DNA of 64,000 nt, taken from the NCBI GenBank assembly GCA_963734545.1, contig CAVTHO010000004.1, positions 224,001 to 288,000 of the forward strand, written 5' to 3'. Under the pieces are notes generated by a model. It saw only the letters and a program-made list of their open reading frames with translations, had not been told where the DNA came from and did not search any database. Position numbers and translations under genes: made by a program. Positions within the stretch are counted from its first letter, which is position 1; every line of letters begins with the position of its first letter. The DNA comes from an uncultured Spirochaetota bacterium (GTDB lineage Bacteria > Spirochaetota > Spirochaetia > SZUA-6 > Fen-1364). Of this stretch, positions 15,615 through 26,337 are shown piece after piece.

Positions 15615-17777
15615 TCATGACAGGCTCTCCCCTCTCCCCTGGTATTCGCGGAATACTCTCACCAGGTCCTGCAGCGGCTCCTCCTGCTGTCCGTCGTGCG
15701 CGCCTTCCAGCGTGAAGACGTTCAGGTTGTCCATTGCCCGCGTCATGGCCACGTAGATGAGGTTCCGCACGAGCGTGTCGCCCGTCTTGTCGTCATGGTC
15801 CCCGCGCGGCGGCAGGGCCGGGAGGAAGAGAAGCACGACGGCGAAGTCCAGACCTTTGCTCGAATGAAGGGTGGAGAGCCGGATGGTCTTTTCCTGTTTG
15901 AAAGAGAACTCCTCGTCGCGAATATTGGCGAACTGGTACCCCGCGTGCCCGAGCATGTCCCCAATGGTGACCAGGTCCGTCCGGGCAGGCGCCAGCACCG
16001 TGATGTTCTCCGGGTCGTAGCCCAGGGTGTCGATGAAGAGCGCCGCCTTCCGCAGCAGGAGCCGCGCGAGCTTGTCCCGGCTTGCCGCCGTGTAGAGCTC
16101 CGGGATCGGTCCTTCACGGAAAGCGACGCTCGCGCCTCCCTCGTCGTCGTCCAGCCGGGAGAGCTTCCGATACGCTTCGGTAATCTCCTGGATTGCCACC
16201 GTGTTGCGAAAGCTCGTGTGGAGGACCCGGGACCTCCCCGCGATGTCCACCCCGGCGCGCTTGTAGGGTGAGCTGAGCCCATAGATGCTCTGCCCCGTAT
16301 CACCGGCCATGATGAGACCGCGCTGCGTCATGAGCTTCAGCGCCTTGAGGTCAGCGGCGCTGAGATCCTGGGATTCATCCACGAAGCAGAAGTCCAGGTC
16401 CCTGAGCCGGACATCATCCGGGTGGGCCTGGAGGTGTTCGATCAGCTTCGTCCGTGAGTAGTTCTTGCTCAGAAGGCCGCTGTTCTCCATCTCCGCCTTG
16501 ATCCGTTCCTGGAGGGACCACACCGTCTCCCGCTGACCCGCGGAGAGCGGCTGGCGCATGCCCTTGCGCGGAATCATCTCCTGCAGGTATTCCTGGCGGG
16601 TGACGAGATTGCCGAATATGAAATCCTCGATCTCGACGGCCAGCTCCTGCGCGGTGAAAAAACCGGTGGAGTTGAGCTTCTCGGCGAGCTTGGAAATGAC
16701 GGCGTAGTCCACCCTCTGGCCCTGTCCCAGCATCCTGAGCCGGGCCTGGAAGAAACTGTCGGCCGTGAAGATCAGGTTGTCCGCGTCCTTCGCCTTGAGG
16801 ATCTCCGCGACGTAGCGGTCATACTTCACCAGCGTGTTGGTGTAGGTGAGGAACAGGATGCGGGGGCCGGTCTTCAGCTCGAGCTCGGCTTCCCGCGCGC
16901 GCCTCAGATTGTCCAGCGCGTGGAGCAGCACGATGGTCTTTCCCGTGCCGGCGCCGCCGCGGATGAGGAAGTCGTGGCCCGGCCGCACCGCGTCCACCGC
17001 CTGCCGCTGCTCCGGGGTGAGCTTCATCACGCTGCGCTCGTAGTCCATCCGCGTGCGCGTGTACAGGGAGAAGCGGCGGACGTGCTGCACGTAGAGGTCG
17101 AGGTCCCGAAAGGCCTCGAGCTGCTCGGAGAGCTGTCTCTTCTGCAGCGTGAGATTGTTCAGCTCGCGGCGCAGCTCATCCACCCTGCCCGCCTTCGCAT
17201 CCGCGCGCTCCTTCTCCCTTTCGAGCTCCGTGGCGAGGCGCATGGTCTCTCCGTCCAGCTCGGCCAGCCGCCACTTGTCCCTGGCCCACTGCTCCGTCTG
17301 CGCCAGCAGCTTCTTGTTGTCCCGCTGCGCGAGGAAAAGCTCGTACTGGACCCGCTTCAGCTCCGCGCTCTGCTCGAGAGGCGATTTTTTCTCCTCCCAC
17401 GTCTCGAGGGTACGCTTCAGGTCGGCGAGGCCCGGGGCCTCGAGGCGGCAGAGCGCGCAGAAGCTCAGGAAATTATGGGTGGCGGCCCGCACCTCTTCCC
17501 TGTCCAGCCGGAGGAACGAGTGCCTGACCTGGTTGGTGAGCGCGTGCTCCTTGATGAGGCGCGTGACGGTCTTCAGGTCTTCGCGGGGGCATCCGCGGGA
17601 CTTGAGGTGCTCGCCGTACTCCCACAGCAGATCGGGGAAATGGTCGATGCTCGACAGCCGGGGGAGATCGTCGCAGACATACGCTTCAATGAAAGAGTGA
17701 AGCGCGAGGACGAAGAACCCTTCATCGGAGCCCGCCAGCCGGACCAGGCGGGAGATGCGTCCTTCCAGCTCGTTCAT
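15615..17777 (-). CDS. SF1 (UvrD-like) helicase with N-terminal helical domain and coiled coil
   Basis: LTPEQ, GGAGTGKT, FVDESQD, GDTGQSIY, STLHSSKGLDF, YVAMTRA. Confidence 0.88.
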   Translation of the reverse strand: MNELEGRISRLVRLAGSDEGFFVLALHSFIEAYVCDDLPRLSSIDHFPDLLWEYGEHLKSRGCPREDLKTVTRLIKEHALTNQVRHSFLRLDREEVRAATHNFLSFCALCRLEAPGLADLKRTLETWEEKKSPLEQSAELKRVQYELFLAQRDNKKLLAQTEQWARDKWRLAELDGETMRLATELEREKERADAKAGRVDELRRELNNLTLQKRQLSEQLEAFRDLDLYVQHVRRFSLYTRTRMDYERSVMKLTPEQRQAVDAVRPGHDFLIRGGAGTGKTIVLLHALDNLRRAREAELELKTGPRILFLTYTNTLVKYDRYVAEILKAKDADNLIFTADSFFQARLRMLGQGQRVDYAVISKLAEKLNSTGFFTAQELAVEIEDFIFGNLVTRQEYLQEMIPRKGMRQPLSAGQRETVWSLQERIKAEMENSGLLSKNYSRTKLIEHLQAHPDDVRLRDLDFCFVDESQDLSAADLKALKLMTQRGLIMAGDTGQSIYGLSSPYKRAGVDIAGRSRVLHTSFRNTVAIQEITEAYRKLSRLDDDEGGASVAFREGPIPELYTAASRDKLARLLLRKAALFIDTLGYDPENITVLAPARTDLVTIGDMLGHAGYQFANIRDEEFSFKQEKTIRLSTLHSSKGLDFAVVLLFLPALPPRGDHDDKTGDTLVRNLIYVAMTRAMDNLNVFTLEGAHDGQQEEPLQDLVRVFREYQGRGESLS

Positions 17778-17796
17778 CCTGTTTCGTGCTCCCCGA

Positions 17797-19710
17797 TCAT
17801 ACGCGCGCGTCCAGAAGCTGGCGGACTTTTGCCAGGAGCTCCCGAGAGCTGAATGGTTTCTGGAGAAAATCGGCTCCCTGCTCGAGGATGGCGTGTTGCT
17901 GGATCGCGTTTCCCGTGTATCCGGACACGTAGAGCACTTTCACGCGCGGGGAGATATGGGCGAGATTCCGCGCGAGCTCCCTTCCGCCCATCTGGGGCAT
18001 GACGACGTCTGTCACCAGCAGATCCACCTCATGCTCCCTGGTCGCCACGCGTGCCAGGGCATCCATGCCTCCCGCGGCCTCGATGACGAGGTAGCCGTTC
18101 TTCTCCAGCACCGTCCGCGCAAAGGCGCGCACCGCCTCCTCGTCCTCCACGAGAAGGATCGTCTCCGTGCCGCGCCGCGAAGCTGTTGCCGGGAGAGGGC
18201 CGGACGCCGTCACGCTGGCCTCTGCCGTGCGCGGGAAATAGATCGTGAAGGTCGTGCCCTTGCCCGGCTCGCTGTAGCAGGTGACATGACCTTCGCTCTG
18301 CTTCACGATTCCATACACGGTGGAGAGCCCGAGCCCCGTGCCCTTTCCCTGCTCCTTCGTCGTGAAGAACGGCTCGAAGATATGCGACAGCACCTCCCTG
18401 TCCATGCCCACGCCCGTGTCGCTCACGGCGATCCGCACGTATTCACCCGGCCTCACGTCCGTGTGCTCCCGGGCGTACGCCTCGTCGAACACCCGAACGG
18501 ACGTCTCGATCGTCAGTTTTCCGCCCTCCGGCATGGCATCCCGCGCGTTGACGACGAGGTTCATGAGCGCCTGCTCGATCTGCCCCGAATCCGCCCTGAT
18601 GTTGCCCGTCCCGGGATGGAGGAAGGTCCGGAGCTCGATATCCTCTCCAACCACTCTTCCCACGATCGTTTCCAGGGCGCGCACGAGCTCGTTCGTGTCC
18701 ACCACCTGGGGTATGAGGACCTGCTTCCGGCTGAAGGCGAGAAGCTGTGAGGTGAGAGTAGCCGCCTGCTTGGCTGCCCGGGCGATCTCGTCGATCTTTG
18801 CTTCCGCGAGGCCCCCCTGCGGCAGATCCGTCCGGACAAGGTCGCAGTAGCCGCTGATGACCGTCAGGAGATTGTTGAAATCATGCGCAATGCCTCCCGC
18901 CAGCCGTCCGATGGCTTCCATCTTCTGCGCCTGCATGAACTTTTCGGCAAGGGACTTCTCCTCGGTGACATCTCTCCCGTACAGGTTGATGTAGCCGCCG
19001 TCGCGGATGGGCGTGATGGTGAGGGCGAAAGTCTTCCGGCCTTCACGCACCTCGACCTCCCGCAGCTCCCCCGCGTCCCAGGCCTGCCGGAGCGCGGGCA
19101 GGTGCGCGGGGGGTATCCTGCCATCCGGTGCTGACACCCAGGAGGCGAGCAGGACCCGGCTGGAGGCATTGCAGTACAAGAGAGATCCCTCCGGTGAAAC
19201 ACGCATGACAGGGTTCGGATTCTCGTCAGGAAACCGCGCGAGGTTCTGAATCCTTTCCTCGGCGTGTCTCCTCTCCGTGATGTCCCGAATCGTGGCAAAG
19301 ATCATCGGTTTGCCGTCCAGCTGGAAGAGCCGGTTGCTGATCTCCACGGGGATCTTGCGGCCGTCCCTGGTGACGTGCATCCCTTCCCAGACCGCACGGC
19401 CTTCGGCCGCGAGCTTTGCCATGGCCGCGGGAATTGCAGTGAGCCCCTCCGGAGCGTCGATGTCGTACGTGCTCATGCGGAGAAGCTCGTCGCGCGTGTA
19501 GCCGAGGCGCTCGCACGCCACGTCGTTCACCTCGACGAATATCTCCGGCGTGCCGTCCGCGTGGAACTCGTGGACGAGGATGGCGTCGTTGATGCTGCTG
19601 AAGAGCAATCGATAGCGTTCTTCGGTCTTGCGCAGCGCCTCCTGTGAAGGCTGCCGCCTGAGCGTGTGGGCGAGCGCAGCGATACGGTCACCGAGCGACC
19701 GTCTTCCCAT
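17797..19710 (-). CDS. PAS-domain hybrid sensor histidine kinase/response regulator
   Basis: Two PAS domains, IAHDFNNLL H-box, GTGLGL, receiver LLVEDE...DVVMP. Confidence 0.93.
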   Translation of the reverse strand: MGRRSLGDRIAALAHTLRRQPSQEALRKTEERYRLLFSSINDAILVHEFHADGTPEIFVEVNDVACERLGYTRDELLRMSTYDIDAPEGLTAIPAAMAKLAAEGRAVWEGMHVTRDGRKIPVEISNRLFQLDGKPMIFATIRDITERRHAEERIQNLARFPDENPNPVMRVSPEGSLLYCNASSRVLLASWVSAPDGRIPPAHLPALRQAWDAGELREVEVREGRKTFALTITPIRDGGYINLYGRDVTEEKSLAEKFMQAQKMEAIGRLAGGIAHDFNNLLTVISGYCDLVRTDLPQGGLAEAKIDEIARAAKQAATLTSQLLAFSRKQVLIPQVVDTNELVRALETIVGRVVGEDIELRTFLHPGTGNIRADSGQIEQALMNLVVNARDAMPEGGKLTIETSVRVFDEAYAREHTDVRPGEYVRIAVSDTGVGMDREVLSHIFEPFFTTKEQGKGTGLGLSTVYGIVKQSEGHVTCYSEPGKGTTFTIYFPRTAEASVTASGPLPATASRRGTETILLVEDEEAVRAFARTVLEKNGYLVIEAAGGMDALARVATREHEVDLLVTDVVMPQMGGRELARNLAHISPRVKVLYVSGYTGNAIQQHAILEQGADFLQKPFSSRELLAKVRQLLDARV

Positions 19711-19762
19711 TCCCTCTTCCCCCTGCTAAAACCAACATACACCCAAAGCGCGGGAGGGGACA

Positions 19763-20881
19763 ATGGAAGCAGCCAAACGGATCGCGGCCGAGATCCTCGA
19801 AACGGCGGATGTCAGGATAGGCGGAGACCGGCCGTGGGACATCCGCGTGCACAACGAGGGCTTCTACGCGCGGGTGCTCGCCGGCGGCTCCCTGGCGCTC
19901 GGTGAGTCCTACATGGATGGGTGGTGGGACAGCGACGCGGTGGACGAGCTGCTCGCGCGGATCCTCTCCCATGACCTGCAGAAGCACGTGCGGCCGTCGG
20001 CCTCGATGCTGCTGCTCGGGCTCAAGGCGGTCCTCCTGAACCTGCAGCGGAAGAACCGGGCATTCAACATCGGCCGCCGCCATTACGACCTGGGCAATGA
20101 CCTGTATTCCCTCATGCTGGACAAGGGGATGAATTACAGCTGCGGCTACTGGAAGAATGCGGACAACCTGGACGCGGCCCAGGAGGACAAGCTCGAGCTG
20201 GTCTGCCGGAAGATCGGCCTGGAAAAGGGGATGCGGGTGCTGGATATCGGCTGCGGCTGGGGCGGATTCGCCCGGCACGCGGCCGAACGGCACGGCGCCG
20301 AAGTCGTGGGCATCACCGTGTCCCGGGAACAGGCGGGGCTGGCACAGGAACGCTGCAAGGGCCTGCCGGTCGAGATCCGGCTCCAGGACTACCGCGACGT
20401 GGACGAACACTTCGACCGGGTCGTATCCATAGGCATGATCGAGCACGTCGGCTGGAAGAACTACCGGCGCTACATGGAGATCGTGGCAAGGTGCCTGGGT
20501 CCGGACGGCCTCTTCCTGCTCCATACGATAGGCGGGAACCTGTCCGGCCGGGTCCCGGATCCGTGGTCCGACAGGTATATCTTCCCGGACAGCCTGCTGC
20601 CTTCGGCGCGCCAGCTCACCGCCGCGGCCGAAGGGCTTTTCATGATGGAGGACTGGCACAGCTTCGGGCACTACTACGAGCGCACCCTTCTTGCCTGGCA
20701 CAGGAACTTCACTGCCGGCTGGGACAGGATCAAGGAACGCTACGGGGAGCGCTTCTTCCGGATGTGGAAGTTCTACCTCCTGACGAGCGCGGGCTCCTTC
20801 CGGGCGCGGCACATCCAGCTCTGGCAGATCGTCTTCTCCCCGCGCGGCCGTTCCCGGGCCTACGAAAGCGTCCGGCTCTGA
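19763..20881 (+). CDS. cfa: Cyclopropane-fatty-acyl-phospholipid synthase
   Basis: HYDLGNDLY, YSCGYW, LDIGCGWGG, SIGMIEHVG, RMWKFYL. Confidence 0.95.
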   Translation: MEAAKRIAAEILETADVRIGGDRPWDIRVHNEGFYARVLAGGSLALGESYMDGWWDSDAVDELLARILSHDLQKHVRPSASMLLLGLKAVLLNLQRKNRAFNIGRRHYDLGNDLYSLMLDKGMNYSCGYWKNADNLDAAQEDKLELVCRKIGLEKGMRVLDIGCGWGGFARHAAERHGAEVVGITVSREQAGLAQERCKGLPVEIRLQDYRDVDEHFDRVVSIGMIEHVGWKNYRRYMEIVARCLGPDGLFLLHTIGGNLSGRVPDPWSDRYIFPDSLLPSARQLTAAAEGLFMMEDWHSFGHYYERTLLAWHRNFTAGWDRIKERYGERFFRMWKFYLLTSAGSFRARHIQLWQIVFSPRGRSRAYESVRL

Positions 20882-21025
20882 TGAGACAACGGCGCGATCT
20901 CGCGCAAGAGCTCATCGGCGCCGGGATTACGTATATTCTACCGTGACGTAATATGCACAGCGCCGTGATTGTTCCGTGACTATTGCCCTGTATTTTTCTC
21001 GTATCGAATCTCAGGAGGTTTCAGG

Positions 21026-21700
21026 ATGAAGCGGTTTTTTCGGACATCGATCGTATCGCTCGCCTCCCTGGCGGCGATGCTTTTCATAGGCGCGGCCAGC
21101 GCCGCGGCAGAGTTTCCCAGTCCCCCGTCGGATACGTCAGCAATGATGAAGGGCACGCAGACCGCCGTGATTGCGGGCGGGTGCTTCTGGGGCATGGAGG
21201 GGGTCTTCGAGCGGCTGAAGGGAGTCGTGGACGTCACCTCGGGGTATTCGGGCGGGGAGAAGAACACCGCGCACTACGAGATGGTCGGCTCGGGAACCAC
21301 GGGCCACGCCGAGTCCATCCAGATCGTCTACAATCCCGCGCAGATCAGCTACGGGACCCTGCTCAAGATCTTCTTCTCCATCGCGCACGACCCCACCGAG
21401 CTCAACTACCAGGGTCCGGACCATGGGACCCAGTACCGCTCGGCGATCTTCTACGCCAACGAGGGGCAGAAGCAGGTTGCGGAGAATTATATCCGCGCCC
21501 TGGACAAGGCGAAGCTGTTCCCGAAGCCCATCGTGACGCAGGTGGTGCCTTTGAAGGCATTCTATCCGGCCGAGGACTATCACCAGAACTTCCTCGACAA
21601 CAATCCCACCTACCCCTACATCGTGTACTGGGATCTCCCGAAGATCGCGGACCTGCAGCGGACCTACCCGGAGCTGATGGCGAAACCTAACGCGGGTTGA
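21026..21700 (+). CDS. msrA: Peptide-methionine (S)-S-oxide reductase with signal peptide
   Basis: GGCFWG, GHAE, YRSAIF, AEDYHQ; AGGAGG RBS. Confidence 0.95.
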   Translation: MKRFFRTSIVSLASLAAMLFIGAASAAAEFPSPPSDTSAMMKGTQTAVIAGGCFWGMEGVFERLKGVVDVTSGYSGGEKNTAHYEMVGSGTTGHAESIQIVYNPAQISYGTLLKIFFSIAHDPTELNYQGPDHGTQYRSAIFYANEGQKQVAENYIRALDKAKLFPKPIVTQVVPLKAFYPAEDYHQNFLDNNPTYPYIVYWDLPKIADLQRTYPELMAKPNAG

Positions 21701-24314
21701 GCACCAGCCTGTCAGGCCTGGATGAAACCAGTGCTGCCTCGTCCCACCAGGTGGGGTGGTAGCGCACCTTGCTCCACGAATCGATCTGGTCGTCGTAGTG
21801 CCGATTGCCCGCATGACCGCTCTGGCCGGTCGCGTTGATCACGACGGAGCCGGACAAGTTCGACAGATCGATTACCTGGCGCATGGAGGAGATGGCGTAC
21901 ACGTCAAACGGCGCGTTCGGCTTCCAGTCCGTTGAGAATACCTGCTGGAAGCCGCCGCCCACGGGCAGGGGGCCGCGATTGAAGATCCGCTCGATGAGCC
22001 CGATGCCTGATTTCCCGAGGGTCAGATTGCGGAACACCGCGGTATGCGCCTTTCCCCACCGCCATTTTCGCATGTCTTTCCCCTGGGCCTTGGTCCCCCG
22101 CTTGACCGCCGCTTCGAAGGCGCGCACGAGGATGTCGTCCCGCGACTCCTTGACGTCAGGAGTGGACATCCTGTCCCACAGCGGATGCGCCGGGTTTTTC
22201 AAAAGAATATAGACGGTGTTCATGAGCCGTGAATTGCTGTCGAGACCCGTATCGGGGTTCCACAGCGCCGCGGCGAACTTGTCCTTGAAGATTTCTTCCA
22301 GGAGAGACTGCCAGAAACAGGCGTACACCGCCGCCCCGGTGCTCTCCATCTGCATCCTGAAATCCCATTTCATGAGGAGATCACGCGCCTGCGCGGATGC
22401 GCCCGCGAGCGGAAGGCCGGCCAGATAGGGCATGATTTCACGCGCGGAGGTATTGAGAATGTCTCCCTGCATGGCTTCCATGTCGGAGACGGAGAGCTTC
22501 CCGCCCGCCCCCTCCACCATTTCCACGATGCGCTGTGCCCGATAGCCGTTATCGTAGTCCCGGCTGATGAAATACCGATAGGCGTCGCTCGTCACCGGAT
22601 TGTTGGCGGTGACAATATAACCATTTGCCGGGTTGAACGAAAAAGGAAGACTCTCGAAAGGAATGAAACCTGTCCACTCGTATTCGTCCGTCCAGCCGGG
22701 GGACGGGACGGAGCCGTCTCCCTTTTTGCGAATCGGGATCATCCCGGGGCTCTGATATCCTATATTTCCGTCCACGTCCGCGTAGACGAAGTTCTGCGAG
22801 GGAATGTCCCAGAGCTTCAGGCTTTCGCGGAAGTCCGTGAAGTTCCGGGAATCGTCCAGCTGGAGAACGGACCGGAACGTGTGGTTGGCCTGCAGCGCGG
22901 TCCAGCGGAGCGAAAGCGCCTTGAGCTCCAGGTTCATCGGGAACTCACCGTGGGGATTGATGGCGAACCCGCGATAGCCGGCGAAAGACTCCTGGTCGGT
23001 GATGAGCGGACCATGCCGGGTTTCCCGCGCCAGCAGGACGACAGGATCGTCCTGGCGGTGAACGCGTATCTCCTCACGATGAATCTTCATGTCCACCCAG
23101 CGGCCGTTCACCTCGTATTGATTCGGGTTTTCCGGATTTATCCGCTCGATGTAGAGGTCCTGCACGTCGGGATTCAGATTCGTGACGCCCCAGGCAATCC
23201 GGTCATTGTGCCCCACGACGACGCCCGGGGTCCCTGCAAAGGTGAAACCCCGCACGTGGAATGTTCCCCCGGCCCGCTTGCCCATCTGTGCATCCTGGGC
23301 AGAGCAGTACAGGTCGACCTCGTTCCAGATAGAGGGCATCTGGATGCCCAGGTGAGGGTCATTGGCAAGGAGCGGCTTCCCCGAAAGGGTGCGGGACCCG
23401 CTGATCACCCAGTTGTTCGACCCGATCCCCGCGCCGGTGCCGAGGGCCAGGGCCGCGCCGGGATCGAAACCGCCGACGAGGCGCGTGCTTACGCCTGAGA
23501 GAGCGGCGAGCTGTTCGGCGGTGGGCGCCGGGTACGCACCGCCGGACGTGTTCCCGGAGACACCGGAGGCGCCCCTGGAGACGCCGGAGGCGCCCTTCCT
23601 CAGCAGAGTCTGCCTGAGCTCGCTGTCAGGAACGATGAAAGGCATCTCCCCGGCGCGATACTCACCGAAAAAGTCCCGCGTGAGGGAAAGCCCCAGCTTG
23701 TGAATGAGGTCGATCGTGTACATCTCCCGGCGCATGTTCCCGCCGAGGTCCTGCGACATCAGCTTGAGCCATGTGAGGGAGTTCTGGACCACCCACGGCT
23801 CGATCTCGAACTTGACGCCTTGCAGCTTCAGCAGGGCAAACTCCAGGCTGAGCTTTCGGGCCGAGCGATTCAGGATGTATGCGTTCACCCCGTCCGCGTA
23901 GGTCTGAAACACGTCCCGCGTCTCCTGGTCCATGGCCGCGTAGTCCTGATCTGCTGCCCGGCGGAAGCCCACGGTACGCAGGTAGATGTCGGTACCGAGC
24001 GTTGTCTTCCCGAACAGCTCCGACAACCGCCCGGAGCCGATCCGCCGCCAGAACTCCATCTGCCAGAACCGATCCTGCGCGGTCACGTACCCCTGCGCGA
24101 AGTAGAGGTCGTGCATGTTCCGCGCCCGGATGTGCGGCACCCCCAGGCGGTCCCGGAGCACTTCCACCGGCTCGTTCAGGCCCTTGAGGCTCAGCGCGCC
24201 CCGGGTCTGGGGGAACGAGGCGCGGACGGTGACAAGCAGGGTGACGCCCGCGAGCAGAACGATCAAGAGGAGAGCGCCCAGAGCGACGAGAAGGATTCTT
24301 ATCGATCTCCGCAT
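21687..24314 (-). CDS. Penicillin acylase family (Ntn hydrolase) protein
   Basis: N-terminal anchor, GVPHI...AQGYVTAQDRFWQME, GSNNW nucleophile, NDPHL, GQSGH. Confidence 0.93.
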   Translation of the reverse strand: MRRSIRILLVALGALLLIVLLAGVTLLVTVRASFPQTRGALSLKGLNEPVEVLRDRLGVPHIRARNMHDLYFAQGYVTAQDRFWQMEFWRRIGSGRLSELFGKTTLGTDIYLRTVGFRRAADQDYAAMDQETRDVFQTYADGVNAYILNRSARKLSLEFALLKLQGVKFEIEPWVVQNSLTWLKLMSQDLGGNMRREMYTIDLIHKLGLSLTRDFFGEYRAGEMPFIVPDSELRQTLLRKGASGVSRGASGVSGNTSGGAYPAPTAEQLAALSGVSTRLVGGFDPGAALALGTGAGIGSNNWVISGSRTLSGKPLLANDPHLGIQMPSIWNEVDLYCSAQDAQMGKRAGGTFHVRGFTFAGTPGVVVGHNDRIAWGVTNLNPDVQDLYIERINPENPNQYEVNGRWVDMKIHREEIRVHRQDDPVVLLARETRHGPLITDQESFAGYRGFAINPHGEFPMNLELKALSLRWTALQANHTFRSVLQLDDSRNFTDFRESLKLWDIPSQNFVYADVDGNIGYQSPGMIPIRKKGDGSVPSPGWTDEYEWTGFIPFESLPFSFNPANGYIVTANNPVTSDAYRYFISRDYDNGYRAQRIVEMVEGAGGKLSVSDMEAMQGDILNTSAREIMPYLAGLPLAGASAQARDLLMKWDFRMQMESTGAAVYACFWQSLLEEIFKDKFAAALWNPDTGLDSNSRLMNTVYILLKNPAHPLWDRMSTPDVKESRDDILVRAFEAAVKRGTKAQGKDMRKWRWGKAHTAVFRNLTLGKSGIGLIERIFNRGPLPVGGGFQQVFSTDWKPNAPFDVYAISSMRQVIDLSNLSGSVVINATGQSGHAGNRHYDDQIDSWSKVRYHPTWWDEAALVSSRPDRLVLNPR

Positions 24315-24407
24315 ACCCTTTCCTTTCCGACGGGCTTTTCTCCTTGTAGCGCGTCACGGGCATCAAGTCAATGACGTCGCCGGGTATTGCCATGATAGGA
24401 ACCTCGC

Positions 24408-26333
24408 ATGGTAGTATCCCGCATGCCCAACCTCGATCCGCGCGGCCCGCGTCGGTACCTTCTGGCGTCCGTCCTCAGCGCTGTGCTGTTCGCTCTTGCG
24501 TTCCCGCTGGCCACGTACCTGGTGCCCGGGGGCGTCTTGTTCGGGGCCGTCATGGTCATTCCCCTCACGCTCTTCGCCTGGAACTGGGGCGAGCGCACGG
24601 GGGTGAGCACCGCCGTGATCGGCATTTTCTACACCGAGGTGGTCTTCTCGACCGTGCATTTCCTCGTTCTTCGCAACCCGGTCACCCCTCTCTGGGCCAT
24701 GGCCACGTTCATCCCGCCGCTCATTTTCCTGTTCGTCGGGACCGTGGTCGGCAGGTTGAGCAACACGCTCCGGGAGCTGCGCTCGACCATGGCGGCGCTG
24801 AAGGACAGCCACGCGCACCTGCATGCCGTGCTGAATGCCATTCCCGATCTCCTTTTCGAGGTCGATCGGAAAGGCCGATTCTACGAGGTCCCGACTCCCC
24901 ACACCGAGCACCTGCTCGCCGCGCCCTCCGTTTTCATCGGCCGGACGGTCGTCGACATGCTTCCCGCGGACGCCGCGGCCATCTGCATGGATGCCCTGGA
25001 AAGGGCCTCCCTGAACGGGGAAGACAAGGGGGCCGCGTACACCCTGGAAGGCGAAACCGGCACCCGATGGTTCGAGCTTTCCATTTCGGCGATCGGCGAC
25101 TCCCGGGCCGAAAATGCGCACTTCATCGTTCTGGTCCGCGAAATAACGGAGCGCAAGAGAGCTGAAATTGAACGCAGAAACATGGAGGAACAGGTCATCC
25201 AGGCGCAGAAGATGGAAGCGGTGGGGAGGCTGGCGGGAGGCATCGCGCACGACTTCAACAATATCCTCATGGTCATCCTGGGCTATTGCGACCTGATCCG
25301 GGAAGTGCCGGAGGACCGGAGAGAGGTCTTGAAGTCCATCGGAATCATACGGGACTCAGCGGAAAAGGCCGCCTCCCTCACGCACCAGCTGCTCGCCTTC
25401 AGCCGCAAGCAGATCATCCAGCCCGCCGTGATGGACCTGAATTCCCTCCTCAAGAAGTCGGAAGAATTGCTGAGGCGTGTCCTGGGTGAGCACGTCGGAT
25501 TGATCGTGCAGCAGAGCGATCGGCCGTGCATGGTGAAAGCCGACCCCGGCCAGCTCCAGCAGGTGATCATGAACCTGGCGGCCAACGCCCGCGACGCGAT
25601 GCCCGGGGGCGGCAAGCTGACGATCGAGGCGCACGTCGTGGAGGTGAAGGAAGGGGATGTCCAGGAGAGGTCCGACATCGCACCGGGCGCCTATGCGATG
25701 GTGTCATTTGCGGACACGGGGGCGGGAATGGACGCGCAGACAGCCGCCCGGATTTTCGAGCCGTTTTTCACGACAAAGGAGCTGGGGAAGGGGACCGGGC
25801 TCGGCCTGTCGATCGTCTACGGGATCATCGAGCAGGCCGAAGGCTACATCACGGTGACCAGCCAGGTCGGCGCCGGTTCAACCTTCTGCGTCTACCTGCC
25901 TCTCACCCGGGATTCCGGGGAGACGCGGAACAAGTCAAAGGACAGGCCGCACCGGGGCACCGAGACGATCCTTCTCGTGGAAGACGAAGATGCGGTGCGC
26001 AACCTCATCCTCCTCAACCTGACCAGCCGCGGATATGCCGTGCTGGAGGCCAGGAACGGCGCGGAAGCGGTGAAGATCTGCCAGGTCCACGACGGGCCCA
26101 TCCACCTGCTGCTCACGGATGTCGTCATGCCGGGAATGGGCGGAGGAAAAGTGGCCGAGCACGTGAGGGCCTGCCGCCCGGATGCGCGCATCCTCCTGAT
26201 GACCGGATACACGAGCAGGTTCGAAGAGCTGGAGCAATCCCTCGGTGAGCCGCTGCGCATCCTCCACAAGCCGTTCGACATGCAGGAATTGCATCTGTCG
26301 GTCCAGAAAGCGCTCGAGGGGACCCCCGGCTGA
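24408..26333 (+). CDS. Membrane PAS hybrid sensor histidine kinase/response regulator
   Basis: N-terminal TM helices, PAS, IAHDFNNIL, GTGLGL, receiver domain. Confidence 0.93.
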   Translation: MVVSRMPNLDPRGPRRYLLASVLSAVLFALAFPLATYLVPGGVLFGAVMVIPLTLFAWNWGERTGVSTAVIGIFYTEVVFSTVHFLVLRNPVTPLWAMATFIPPLIFLFVGTVVGRLSNTLRELRSTMAALKDSHAHLHAVLNAIPDLLFEVDRKGRFYEVPTPHTEHLLAAPSVFIGRTVVDMLPADAAAICMDALERASLNGEDKGAAYTLEGETGTRWFELSISAIGDSRAENAHFIVLVREITERKRAEIERRNMEEQVIQAQKMEAVGRLAGGIAHDFNNILMVILGYCDLIREVPEDRREVLKSIGIIRDSAEKAASLTHQLLAFSRKQIIQPAVMDLNSLLKKSEELLRRVLGEHVGLIVQQSDRPCMVKADPGQLQQVIMNLAANARDAMPGGGKLTIEAHVVEVKEGDVQERSDIAPGAYAMVSFADTGAGMDAQTAARIFEPFFTTKELGKGTGLGLSIVYGIIEQAEGYITVTSQVGAGSTFCVYLPLTRDSGETRNKSKDRPHRGTETILLVEDEDAVRNLILLNLTSRGYAVLEARNGAEAVKICQVHDGPIHLLLTDVVMPGMGGGKVAEHVRACRPDARILLMTGYTSRFEELEQSLGEPLRILHKPFDMQELHLSVQKALEGTPG

Positions 26334-26337
26334 ACCT

